Below, piece after piece: positions 49,737 through 58,928 of a stretch of 64,000 nucleotides of DNA; the stretch's first letter is position 1, and every line of letters starts with the position of its first letter. The notes below the pieces were generated by a model that saw nothing but the letters and a program-made list of their open reading frames with translations, did no database searches and was not told the DNA's origin. The position numbers were made by a program, and so were the translations under genes. Source of the stretch: an uncultured Pelagibacteraceae bacterium (GTDB lineage Bacteria; Pseudomonadota; Alphaproteobacteria; Pelagibacterales; Pelagibacteraceae). Location: NCBI GenBank assembly GCA_902537555.1, contig CACBBR010000005.1, forward strand, positions 5,703 through 69,702, in the 5' to 3' direction.

Positions 49737-51130
49737 TGGCAAAAAAGAAAAATGGAAAAACAAACGGTCATTCTAATGGCAATGGTCAAAGTGAATTTTC
49801 AAAAAGAAATAAAAGTTTATTAGGTTATAATTCAATATTTACTCCAGAAGTAATCGACGACATACATATAAAAGCGCAATTAGGTAGATACAGAATGCGT
49901 GGTATGGCATTGATGAAAAAAATTCCTACGTTTGATGATCTAGTATTTTTGCCTGGTACACTCACAAGATTTGTAATCGAAGGATACAGAGAAAAATGTG
50001 AAACTAAAACTGTTATAGGACCAAGATGTGAAAATCCAGTTGAACTTGATATTCCAGTTTATATTACTGGAATGAGTTTTGGAGCTTTATCTTATGAAGC
50101 TAAGACTGCATTAGCAAGAGGTGCTACAATGGCAGGAAGTGCAACATGTTCTGGCGAAGGCGGAATGATTCCAGATGAAAGAAGATATTCTGAAAAATGG
50201 TATTACCAATGTATTCAATCAAGATATGGTTTTAATCCACATCATGCACAACTCGCAGATGGAATAGAAGTATTTATTGGACAAGGTCAAAAAGTTGGAA
50301 TGGGTGGTCACTTAATGGGTCAAAAAGTTACTGACCAAGTAGCTGAAATGAGATCATTGCCTGCGGGTATTGATCAAAGATCTCCAGCTAGACACCCTGA
50401 TTGGTTAGGTCCGGACGATTTAGCTTTAAAAGTTCAAGAACTAAGAGAGCTAACAAAAAATAAAGTTCCAATTCAATTGAAACTTGGAGCAGCAAAAGTT
50501 TATGATGATGTTCGTATGGCAGCAAAATGTGATCCTGATTCAATTTACTTAGATGGTATGGAAGGATCAACAGGTGCAGGTCCTCACATAGCAGCAGCAA
50601 ACACGGGAATTCCTGGAATAGCCGCTATTAGAGAAGCAAGAAGAGCAATTGATGACGTTGGCAAAACTGGAAAAGTAACATTGATATATGCAGGTGGTGT
50701 AAGAGATGGTGCTGACATGGCTAAAGCGCTAGCTTTAGGTGCAGATGCAATTGCAATAGGAACTGGAGCAATGATAGCATTAAATTGTAATAAAGAAATT
50801 CCTGAGTCTAATTTTGAAAAAGAGATGGGAGTTCCAGCAGGTCACTGTTATCACTGTCACACAGGTCGTTGTCCAGTTGGTGTTGCAACACAGGATCCTA
50901 AATTAAGAAAAAGATTAAATCCTGATGATGCAGCTTTAAGAGTTTATAATTACCTACATACTATGACTTTAGAAGCTCAATTATTAGCAAGAGCATGTGG
51001 TAAAACGAATATTCATTCGTTAGAACCTGAGGATTTAGCTGCTTTAACAATGGAAGCGTCTGCATTAGCAAAAGTACCACTTTCTGGAACAAATCATACT
51101 GTAGGAGTTGATGATTTTCATAAAATTTAA
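49736..51130 (+). CDS. FMN-binding glutamate synthase family protein (MgsC/GlxD paralogue)
   Basis: GMSFGALS, SGEGG, GQGQK and CHTGRCPVGVATQDP. Confidence 0.88.
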   Translation: MAKKKNGKTNGHSNGNGQSEFSKRNKSLLGYNSIFTPEVIDDIHIKAQLGRYRMRGMALMKKIPTFDDLVFLPGTLTRFVIEGYREKCETKTVIGPRCENPVELDIPVYITGMSFGALSYEAKTALARGATMAGSATCSGEGGMIPDERRYSEKWYYQCIQSRYGFNPHHAQLADGIEVFIGQGQKVGMGGHLMGQKVTDQVAEMRSLPAGIDQRSPARHPDWLGPDDLALKVQELRELTKNKVPIQLKLGAAKVYDDVRMAAKCDPDSIYLDGMEGSTGAGPHIAAANTGIPGIAAIREARRAIDDVGKTGKVTLIYAGGVRDGADMAKALALGADAIAIGTGAMIALNCNKEIPESNFEKEMGVPAGHCYHCHTGRCPVGVATQDPKLRKRLNPDDAALRVYNYLHTMTLEAQLLARACGKTNIHSLEPEDLAALTMEASALAKVPLSGTNHTVGVDDFHKI

Positions 51131-51132
51131 TT

Positions 51133-51537
51133 ATGCCTAAAAAGAAAAATAAAAAAGCAAAAAAAGAAATTAAAGGTCAACTAGGCAAGAAAAAAGAAAC
51201 TGCTAGGGAAAAAATGATAGGTCAAACCATTGGCTATCGTTATGATGTAAACTTACTTCCAGACTATTCAAGAATTACACCATTCTTAAAAAAATATATC
51301 GAAGCAATGGGATGGGATGATTTAAATTGGTTAGAAGATGTTCACATGGGTTATGAAGAAGATAGACCTGCAGTATTTGATAGAAACGCAAACGGTTGGG
51401 TTACAATTCCAAAAAAAATCAAACTTCCAAATAATCAGCAAGATAGGGATATGATTGCAAGAGAATTGTTAGTAAAATTTCAAATGTCTCCAAATCATCC
51501 GCTAGTAGATCTTAAAAAAGCTTATAGAAAATTTTAG
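51133..51537 (+). CDS. Hypothetical protein
   Basis: 134-aa ORF 2 nt after the MgsC paralogue, with a W/D/H-rich block (GWDDLNWLEDVHMG). Confidence 0.7.
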   Translation: MPKKKNKKAKKEIKGQLGKKKETAREKMIGQTIGYRYDVNLLPDYSRITPFLKKYIEAMGWDDLNWLEDVHMGYEEDRPAVFDRNANGWVTIPKKIKLPNNQQDRDMIARELLVKFQMSPNHPLVDLKKAYRKF

Positions 51538-51669
51538 AATCAGTAAAAATTTATATATACCACAAGTTGTTTAGTCTTAATTATTGGCTTAAATGCTTAA
51601 AAATTATTCATTGATGTCATCATCACATTAATTAAAGTTTCTATAATGTAAAACTATTGGAGGTTTGAA

Positions 51670-53070
51670 ATGACTAGTCAATTAGATGCGTTACAAACCA
51701 TATTTACAGAATTTTACTATTGGACAACAGTAGTTTTGATGTTTCTGATACACGTAGGATTCTGTATGTATGAGGTTGGCGCTTCGCGTTACAAACACCA
51801 CCAGCATACACTTATGAAAAATACAATGCTGATACCTTTGGTAACAGTTACTTGGTTTTTATTTGGTTGGTGGATTTATTGGGCTTTTCCAACAGGACCT
51901 GGATTAGCTCCTTCCATAATGACAGAAAGTACAGGACTTGTTCTAGGTGGAGGTTTTGGTGGAAATGATTTAGCCAATCCAACTAATGAATTAATGGCGG
52001 TTACTTTGAATGATCATATAATGGGAGTATTCTGGGCGGCATTCCTATTATTTTCATGGACAGCAGCCTCAATTGTTTCAGGTGCGGTAATCGAAAGAAT
52101 TACAACTTTTGCATTCGGCATCTTGGCAATTGCTATTGGTTCAGTTTTCTGGAGTATAGATGCAGCATGGGGATGGCACTTCGATGGATGGATGTTGAAG
52201 CTACTTGGTTATCATGATGCTTATGCCTCAGGAGTAATTCACGCAGTTGCAGGTGGATTTGCTTTAGGTGTACTTGTTGTCTTAGGACCAAGAATTGGAA
52301 AATTTACTTCAAGTGGTGAACCTAGAAACATAGGACCAAGAAACCCTTGGTTAGTAACAGTGGGATTATTCTTAATTTATACTGGTTTTTGGGGATTTTA
52401 TGCCGCTTGTAATGTTCCAATTTATGACCTTGGACCTGAGTATGGTATGGAAGGTGTAACCTTCTTTACCGCCACAAATATATATCTAACTCCAACGACA
52501 TTAAGTGGTATCACCATGAACTTTTTAATGTCATTATCTGGAGGATTGTTAGCTGGATATGTAATATCAAAAGGTGATCCTTTTTGGACATATTCAAGTG
52601 GACTAGCTGGTATAATATGTGCATCAGCAGGTAATGACTTATACCATCCTATTCAATCTTTGATTATAGGAATGATTGGTGTGGTTATAGCTTATAAAAT
52701 GCATTATTGGGTTGAGCGTAAATTTAAAATCGATGATGCAGTCGGAGCTGTTGCAGTACATGGGTATGCAGGGTTCGCCGGTCTTGTAATATGTGGTTTT
52801 GTCCTCAATGGATATCCTTCGTCAGGTTATGGTGTTGGTGAAATGTGGGATGGATCTACTTATGCTGCTATAAATCCATTGGGAATGTTTGTTGGAGCAA
52901 TAGTAATGTTCTTTGTTCTTGGAATGATTCCTGGTTGGATAATTGCTAAAGTTCTTAATGGAATGGGTAAACTTAGAATTCCTAGAGAAGTTGAGTTAGC
53001 AGGATTGGACTATCAAATAATGGAGGAAGCAAAAGAAGATGAAAAAGCTGTTGCTTCTTCAAGTAGTTAA
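51670..53070 (+). CDS. amt: Amt-family ammonium/methylamine transporter, atypical
   Basis: IVSGAVIER, twin His (SGVIH and DDAVGAVAVHG), LGPRIG, and LRIPREVELAGLD; GGAGG RBS. Confidence 0.9.
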   Translation: MTSQLDALQTIFTEFYYWTTVVLMFLIHVGFCMYEVGASRYKHHQHTLMKNTMLIPLVTVTWFLFGWWIYWAFPTGPGLAPSIMTESTGLVLGGGFGGNDLANPTNELMAVTLNDHIMGVFWAAFLLFSWTAASIVSGAVIERITTFAFGILAIAIGSVFWSIDAAWGWHFDGWMLKLLGYHDAYASGVIHAVAGGFALGVLVVLGPRIGKFTSSGEPRNIGPRNPWLVTVGLFLIYTGFWGFYAACNVPIYDLGPEYGMEGVTFFTATNIYLTPTTLSGITMNFLMSLSGGLLAGYVISKGDPFWTYSSGLAGIICASAGNDLYHPIQSLIIGMIGVVIAYKMHYWVERKFKIDDAVGAVAVHGYAGFAGLVICGFVLNGYPSSGYGVGEMWDGSTYAAINPLGMFVGAIVMFFVLGMIPGWIIAKVLNGMGKLRIPREVELAGLDYQIMEEAKEDEKAVASSSS

Positions 53071-53081
53071 AGGAGGAAAAC

Positions 53082-53315
53082 ATGGCTACAGTAAATAATT
53101 GGATAGATCATTTAACTGCTGCAAGCAAAGCAGATGGAGTGGCTGGTCCAATTTTTCCAGGAGCGGGATCTGAAGGGATCTTAGTTATAATACTTGTTAT
53201 AATTTGGATAGGTTGGACAGTTATCAGTTCTAGACAAGAAAGCGATAAACTTGAAAAACTTGCTAGAAAAAGACCTAGTTCAAATGCTTGGAAAAGCAAC
53301 ATAACTGATGGTTAA
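53082..53315 (+). CDS. Small single-TM protein
   Basis: Strong AAGGAGG RBS; GPIFPGAGSE followed by a hydrophobic helix. Confidence 0.75.
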   Translation: MATVNNWIDHLTAASKADGVAGPIFPGAGSEGILVIILVIIWIGWTVISSRQESDKLEKLARKRPSSNAWKSNITDG

Positions 53316-53326
53316 ATAAATCTTTA

Positions 53327-53355
53327 TAAGGGCGCATTATAGTTATGCGCCCTTA
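53327..53355 (+). terminator. Terminator-like hairpin
   Basis: Perfect 11-bp stem TAAGGGCGCAT-tatagtt-ATGCGCCCTTA. Confidence 0.7.
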
Positions 53356-53362
53356 AACAATC

Positions 53363-53521
53363 ATGGAAGAAAAAGATAAAGAAAATCAAATAAATAAAAC
53401 ACCAAGTAAAATGGCAAGATTAGCTTGGCCTAAAGCTAAATATGGTGTCTATGCCGCAATCATTATCATTGTTATAGTCAATGTGCTTTACTATAAAGAC
53501 CAATTATTATCATTACTTTAA
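53363..53521 (+). CDS. Small single-TM protein (52 aa)
   Basis: Below the track cutoff. Hand translation gives MEEKDKENQINKTPSKMARLAWPKAKYGVYAAIIIIVIVNVLYYKDQLLSLL; it ends 9 nt before mgsA. Confidence 0.6.
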   Translation: MEEKDKENQINKTPSKMARLAWPKAKYGVYAAIIIIVIVNVLYYKDQLLSLL

Positions 53522-53530
53522 TATATTTTT

Positions 53531-54409
53531 ATGTGTGGCATTGTTGGAATTTATTTAAAATCAAAAAAATTTGAAAAATCCCTAGGTGGAATGCTTTCTA
53601 AAATGTTGGTCAGTATGGAGTCTAGAGGTCCAGACAGTGCTGGTTTTGCTATTTACAACAGAGATAAAAATAAACTCTTCAAATACTCGGTTTGTTTAAA
53701 TGAAATGAGTTTTGATAGATTTAAAAAAAAAATTAAAAAAAAAATAAAGTTTACCAAATTTGAAAAAAATTCAGACCACGTAATTTTAAAATCAATTGAA
53801 AAACCAAGTAAAATTGTACCTATTTTAGAGGATTTTACTGAAATATCATTAGTAGGTTATGGAAAATCTATAGAAATTTTTAAACAAGTTGGCAAACCTA
53901 GTAATGTTGTCAAAAAATTTGATCTCAATAAATTTTCAGGCTCTCATGCTATAGGTCATACAAGAATGGCTACTGAAAGCGCAATTACTACAGATGGATC
54001 TCACCCCTACTCTACAGGAGAAGACGAATGTTTAGTTCATAATGGTTCATTATCTAATCATAATAATTTAAGAAGAAAGTTAAAAAAGAATGGATCAAAA
54101 TTTAATTCAGATAATGATACAGAAGTTGCGGCCGGCTATATTTCAAATAGTTTAAAAGATAGAAATTTAAAACAAACATTAAAAAAAGGTTTGAGTGACC
54201 TTGATGGGTTTTATACTTTTATTGCAGGAACACATAGTGGTTTTGCTGTTCTCAGAGATGAGATAGCATGTAAGCCAGCAGTTATTGCTGAAACAAAGGA
54301 CTATGTGGCAATTTCCTCAGAATTTCAAGCAATGGCACATTTGCCAAATGTTAATAGTGCAAAAATTTTTGAACCTGAACCAGGCGTTGTTTATTCTTGG
54401 GGTAAATAA
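53531..54409 (+). CDS. mgsA: N-methylglutamate synthase subunit A
   Basis: MCGIVG, RGPDSAG, GHTRMATES and VHNGSLSNH; mgsABC-gmaS gene order. Confidence 0.87.
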   Translation: MCGIVGIYLKSKKFEKSLGGMLSKMLVSMESRGPDSAGFAIYNRDKNKLFKYSVCLNEMSFDRFKKKIKKKIKFTKFEKNSDHVILKSIEKPSKIVPILEDFTEISLVGYGKSIEIFKQVGKPSNVVKKFDLNKFSGSHAIGHTRMATESAITTDGSHPYSTGEDECLVHNGSLSNHNNLRRKLKKNGSKFNSDNDTEVAAGYISNSLKDRNLKQTLKKGLSDLDGFYTFIAGTHSGFAVLRDEIACKPAVIAETKDYVAISSEFQAMAHLPNVNSAKIFEPEPGVVYSWGK

Positions 54410-55089
54410 TGTTACTTGATTTAAAAAAATTAAAATTAAGATCTGTTAATGAAAAATTACAAAATATTGACAGAAAAAAAAATAAAAGAGACTTTGTTAT
54501 TTCAAATCCAGAGGGTAATCATGCTGTTTGCGCAGGTTTAACAGACAATATAGATGTAACTATAAGAGGACATGTTGGATATTATTGTGCTGGTATGAAT
54601 CAAAATGCAAATATAACAGTTGAGGGAAATGTGGGAACTGGAGTAGCAGAAAATATGATGTCAGGCAGTGTTCATGTAAAGGGAAATGCATCACAATCAG
54701 CGGGTGCAACCGCACATGGTGGAACATTAATCATCGATGGTGATACTAGTTCAAGATGTGGAATTTCTATGAAAGGTATTGATATAATAGTTAAAGGTTC
54801 CGTTGGACACATGTCAGCATTTATGGCTCAGTCTGGAAATCTCGTTGTTTTTGGTGATGCAGGTGAAGCTTTAGGTGATAGCTTGTATGAAACAAATATA
54901 TATGTAAAAGGAAAAGTAAAATCTTTAGGAGCAGATTGTGAAGAAAAAAAAATGAATAAACAACACAAAATTAAATTAAAAGAACTTTTAAAAAAAGCTG
55001 GGTCAAATATTAAACCAGAGCAATTTAAAAGATATGGCTCAGCAAGAAAGTTGTATAATTTTCATATTGATAATGTATCTAACTATTAA
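54409..55089 (+). CDS. mgsB: N-methylglutamate synthase subunit B
   Basis: GHVGYYCAGMN, AENMMSG, RCGISMKG and YGSARKLYNF. Confidence 0.87.
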   Translation: MLLDLKKLKLRSVNEKLQNIDRKKNKRDFVISNPEGNHAVCAGLTDNIDVTIRGHVGYYCAGMNQNANITVEGNVGTGVAENMMSGSVHVKGNASQSAGATAHGGTLIIDGDTSSRCGISMKGIDIIVKGSVGHMSAFMAQSGNLVVFGDAGEALGDSLYETNIYVKGKVKSLGADCEEKKMNKQHKIKLKELLKKAGSNIKPEQFKRYGSARKLYNFHIDNVSNY

Positions 55090-55091
55090 TT

Positions 55092-56411
55092 ATGAAAAAT
55101 AAAACTCACCCACGTCAATCTTGGACTTTTGATGAATATACTAATTCAGAAATTAGAAGAGCGGCTGAAACAGGAATTTATGATATCAGAGGTGGAGGGT
55201 CAAAAAGAAAACTTCCACATTTTGATGATTTATTATTTTTAGGTGCTTCAATGTCTAGATATCCTCTAGAAGGATATAGAGAAAAATGTACCACAAATGT
55301 AACTTTAGGCACAAAATATGCAAAAAAACCATTAGAACTTGACATCCCAATTACAATTGCGGGAATGAGCTTTGGCGCTTTATCAGGTCCTGCTAAAGAA
55401 GCGTTAGGTAGAGGAGCAAGTGAAGCTGGCACATCTACAACTACTGGAGATGGAGGAATGACACCAGAAGAAAGAGGTCAGTCTAAGAATTTAGTTTATC
55501 AACTTTTACCTTCAAGATATGGAATGAATCCAAATGACTTGAGGAAAGCCGATGCAATTGAGGTAGTGATAGGACAAGGAGCAAAACCAGGTGGTGGTGG
55601 AATGTTACTAGGACAAAAAATAGATGATCGTGTTGCAGAGATGAGAACTTTGCCAAAAGGAATTGATCAAAGATCTGCGTGTCGTCATCCCGATTGGACA
55701 GGTCCAGATGATCTAAAAATAAAAATTCTAGAATTAAGAGAAATTACTAAATGGAAAGTTCCAATATTTATAAAAATTGCAGGTGCTAGACCTTATTATG
55801 ATACTGCTTTAGCTGTTAAAGCAGGTGCAGATGTCGTTGTACTAGATGGTATGCAAGGTGGTACAGCAGCAACTCAAGAAGTATTTATTGAAAATGTCGG
55901 ACAACCAACTTTAGCCTGTATAAGACCTGCAGTAGATGCATTGCAAGATTTAAATTCACATCGAGAAGTCCAGCTTATAATTTCAGGAGGGATTAGAAAT
56001 GGTGCAGATGTTGCAAAAGCGCTCGCCTTAGGTGCAGATGCAGTATCAATTGGAAGCGCAGCAATGATTGCAATTGGTGACAATGATCCCAAATGGGAAA
56101 AAGAATATGAAAAACTTGGAACTAAAGCTGGAGCATATGATGATTGGCATGAAGGTAACGACCCTGCAGGAATTTCAACTCAAAATCCAAAATTAATGAA
56201 AAGATTAAATCCAAAAAAAGCAGGTAGAAAACTTTCAAATTATTTAAAAGTAATGTCTCTTGAAGCACAAACAATAGCTCGAGCCTGTGGAAAAAATAGT
56301 CTTCATAATTTAGAGCCAGAAGATTTATGTGCATTAACTGTTGAAGCTGCGGCGATGGCCAGAGTTCCTTTAGCTGGAACTAACTGGATACCAGGTATTG
56401 AAAAGAAATAG
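55092..56411 (+). CDS. mgsC: N-methylglutamate synthase subunit C
   Basis: MSRYPLEGYRE, GQGAKPGGGG, RHPDWTGPDD and YDDWHEG. Confidence 0.87.
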   Translation: MKNKTHPRQSWTFDEYTNSEIRRAAETGIYDIRGGGSKRKLPHFDDLLFLGASMSRYPLEGYREKCTTNVTLGTKYAKKPLELDIPITIAGMSFGALSGPAKEALGRGASEAGTSTTTGDGGMTPEERGQSKNLVYQLLPSRYGMNPNDLRKADAIEVVIGQGAKPGGGGMLLGQKIDDRVAEMRTLPKGIDQRSACRHPDWTGPDDLKIKILELREITKWKVPIFIKIAGARPYYDTALAVKAGADVVVLDGMQGGTAATQEVFIENVGQPTLACIRPAVDALQDLNSHREVQLIISGGIRNGADVAKALALGADAVSIGSAAMIAIGDNDPKWEKEYEKLGTKAGAYDDWHEGNDPAGISTQNPKLMKRLNPKKAGRKLSNYLKVMSLEAQTIARACGKNSLHNLEPEDLCALTVEAAAMARVPLAGTNWIPGIEKK

Positions 56412-56450
56412 TTATTGATAGTTATAAAATAATTCGTAGTATATTTATGA

Positions 56451-57776
56451 ATGCCTAAAAATTTATCAAATATTGCTAAATCAAAAAAAATTAAATATTT
56501 TTTAATAAGTTTTGTAGATTTATTCGGTGTATTAAGATCAAAATTGGTACCAGCACGTGCAATAAAAGAAATGCAAAAAACTGGTGCAGGTTTTGCAGGA
56601 TTTGCAACATGGCTTGATATGTCTCCTGCAGACTCTGATATGTTTGCCATTCCAGATCCAAATAGTTTAATTCAATTACCATGGAATAAAGAAGTTGGAT
56701 GGCTTGCCTCAGACTTGTGGATGGATGGCAAACCTGTGGCTGCCTCTCCTAGAGTAATGTTAAAAAACCAAATAAAAGCACTATCTAATGAGGGATATTC
56801 AATGAAGTCTGGAGTTGAATGTGAATATTTTCTGACTTCACCTGATGGTACATCAATAGCAGATCCAAGAGATACACAATCCAAACCTTGTTATGATCAA
56901 TCATCTCTAATGAGACAGTATGATTTAATTAAAGAAATTTGTGACTGCATGATTGAGATGGGATGGAACCCATATCAAAATGATCATGAAGACGCAAATG
57001 GTCAATTTGAAATGAATTGGGATTTTACCGACTGTTTAGCTACAGCAGATAGACATACATTTTTCAAATTTATGGTAAAGACCTTAGCTGAAAAACATGG
57101 TCTTAGAGCTACTTTTATGCCTAAACCTTTTGAAAAACTTACTGGAAATGGATGTCATGCTCATATTTCACTATGGAAAAATAAAAAAAATATATTCTTA
57201 GATAAAAATGATAAATTAGGCCTAAGTAAATTAGCATATAATTTTTTAGGTGGTATTATAAAGAATGCAGGTTCTTTATCTGCGTTTTTTAACCCAACAT
57301 TAAATAGCTATAGAAGAATAAATGCACCACCAACAACTTCAGGTGCGACCTGGTCTCCAAGTAGTATTTCTTACACTGGGAATAATAGAACTCACATGAT
57401 TAGAGTTCCTGACCCAGGAAGATTTGAACTAAGATTAATGGATGGCTCAGCAAATCCATATTTATTACAAGCGGGAGTTTTGGCTGCAGGTATAAACGGT
57501 ATCAGAAAAAAAATAAATCCAGGCAAACCATTATTTTGTAATATGTATACAGATCATAAAAAATATCCAAATTTAAAAAAATTACCAAATACTTTAGAAG
57601 ACTCGCTTGATTTGTTAAATTCAAATACCGTCTTAAAAAATGCTTTTGGAAAAGATGTTTTAAATAGTTATTTAAAATTAAAAAATTCTGAAATTGAAAG
57701 TTTTAAATTAAAAGAAAATTTTGACAAACTTAAACCTATTACGAAATGGGAAAGATCTAATACCTTAGATTGTTAA
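56451..57776 (+). CDS. gmaS: Gamma-glutamylmethylamide synthetase (GlnT-type)
   Basis: GAGFAGFATW, KPCYDQ, YQNDHEDANGQFEMN and SGATWSP. Confidence 0.9.
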   Translation: MPKNLSNIAKSKKIKYFLISFVDLFGVLRSKLVPARAIKEMQKTGAGFAGFATWLDMSPADSDMFAIPDPNSLIQLPWNKEVGWLASDLWMDGKPVAASPRVMLKNQIKALSNEGYSMKSGVECEYFLTSPDGTSIADPRDTQSKPCYDQSSLMRQYDLIKEICDCMIEMGWNPYQNDHEDANGQFEMNWDFTDCLATADRHTFFKFMVKTLAEKHGLRATFMPKPFEKLTGNGCHAHISLWKNKKNIFLDKNDKLGLSKLAYNFLGGIIKNAGSLSAFFNPTLNSYRRINAPPTTSGATWSPSSISYTGNNRTHMIRVPDPGRFELRLMDGSANPYLLQAGVLAAGINGIRKKINPGKPLFCNMYTDHKKYPNLKKLPNTLEDSLDLLNSNTVLKNAFGKDVLNSYLKLKNSEIESFKLKENFDKLKPITKWERSNTLDC

Positions 57777-57779
57777 AAT

Positions 57780-58928
57780 ATGTCTATTTACCATGGTCAT
57801 ATTAAAAAATTCTCATCATTTATCAAAAATAAGAATTATTCATTCAGTAGAGAGAAAATATTAAATGTATTAGACAAAAGTGCAATTGATAAAGCATACA
57901 ATACAATATCCAATTGGGAAACTTATGCCCCTACCCCTCTTCTTAATTTAAATAAACTTTCAAAAGATCTAGGACTAAAAAATATTTTTTATAAAGATGA
58001 GTCAAAAAGATTTGGTCTTAAATCTTTTAAAGCTCTTGGTGGAGCTTATGCTGTAGAGCAAGTTTCTGCTGGAAAAAAAAATGTAGTAGTGGCAACCGCA
58101 ACCGCAGGAAATCACGGCAAATCAGTTGCATGGGGAGCAAAAAGATTAGGAATTGCATGTAAGATCTTCATAAGTGAATTTGTTAGCGATACACGTGCTG
58201 ACGAAATGAGAAAACTTGGGGCTGATGTAGTTCAAGTTAAAGGAAACTATGAGAACTCTTTAAATGAGTGCATTAAACAATCCGAAAAAAATGGTTGGGA
58301 AATTGTGCAAGATGTGGCCTGGGATAATTATCTGACAGTCCCAAAACTAACTATGGCTGGATATTCAGTAATGATTGAGGAAATATCAAAACAAACTAAT
58401 CAATATATTACGCACATTTTTTTACAGGCGGGTGTTGGAGGTATGGCATCTGGGGTAATAGCAGGTGTTGCGAGATATTTTAAAAGAATTCCTAAAATTA
58501 TTGTTATTGAGCCAGAAAACGCAGATTGTGTATTGAAAAGTATTGATGATGGCAAACTAACAAAAGTTGAAATTGAAAAAGAAAGTATCATGGGCGGAAT
58601 GTCTTGTGGAGAAGTATCATTGGTCCCATGGCAAATTCTTAAAAATTCAGTAAATAATTGTCTAAGCATTCCTGATGATGACATTCCGTTATCAGTTGCA
58701 ATGTTGGCTAAAGGATACTTTGGAGATGATAAAATTATTGCGGGCGAATGTTCAGCACCCGCTGTAATAAGTCTAAACGTAAGTTGCAATAATGGGGAAA
58801 TTAAAAAGGATCTTGAATTAAATATGAATGCAAATGTTTTATTGATTGGATGTGAAGGTGATACTGACATAAAATTATATAACAAACTTCTTTCCAAAGG
58901 ATCAGAAAAGTTATCAAATGTCCAATAA
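57780..58928 (+). CDS. dpaL: Diaminopropionate ammonia-lyase family PLP enzyme
   Basis: YKDESKRFGLKSFKALGG, TAGNHG, VQDVAW, QAGVGGMA and IGCEGDTD. Confidence 0.82.
   Translation: MSIYHGHIKKFSSFIKNKNYSFSREKILNVLDKSAIDKAYNTISNWETYAPTPLLNLNKLSKDLGLKNIFYKDESKRFGLKSFKALGGAYAVEQVSAGKKNVVVATATAGNHGKSVAWGAKRLGIACKIFISEFVSDTRADEMRKLGADVVQVKGNYENSLNECIKQSEKNGWEIVQDVAWDNYLTVPKLTMAGYSVMIEEISKQTNQYITHIFLQAGVGGMASGVIAGVARYFKRIPKIIVIEPENADCVLKSIDDGKLTKVEIEKESIMGGMSCGEVSLVPWQILKNSVNNCLSIPDDDIPLSVAMLAKGYFGDDKIIAGECSAPAVISLNVSCNNGEIKKDLELNMNANVLLIGCEGDTDIKLYNKLLSKGSEKLSNVQ

Noticed and set aside
46455-57776. Housekeeping glnA/gltBD nitrogen assimilation
   Set aside because: Both GS-like proteins have the Trp flap, and the glutamate-synthase domains are split in the mgsABC pattern with no gltD.
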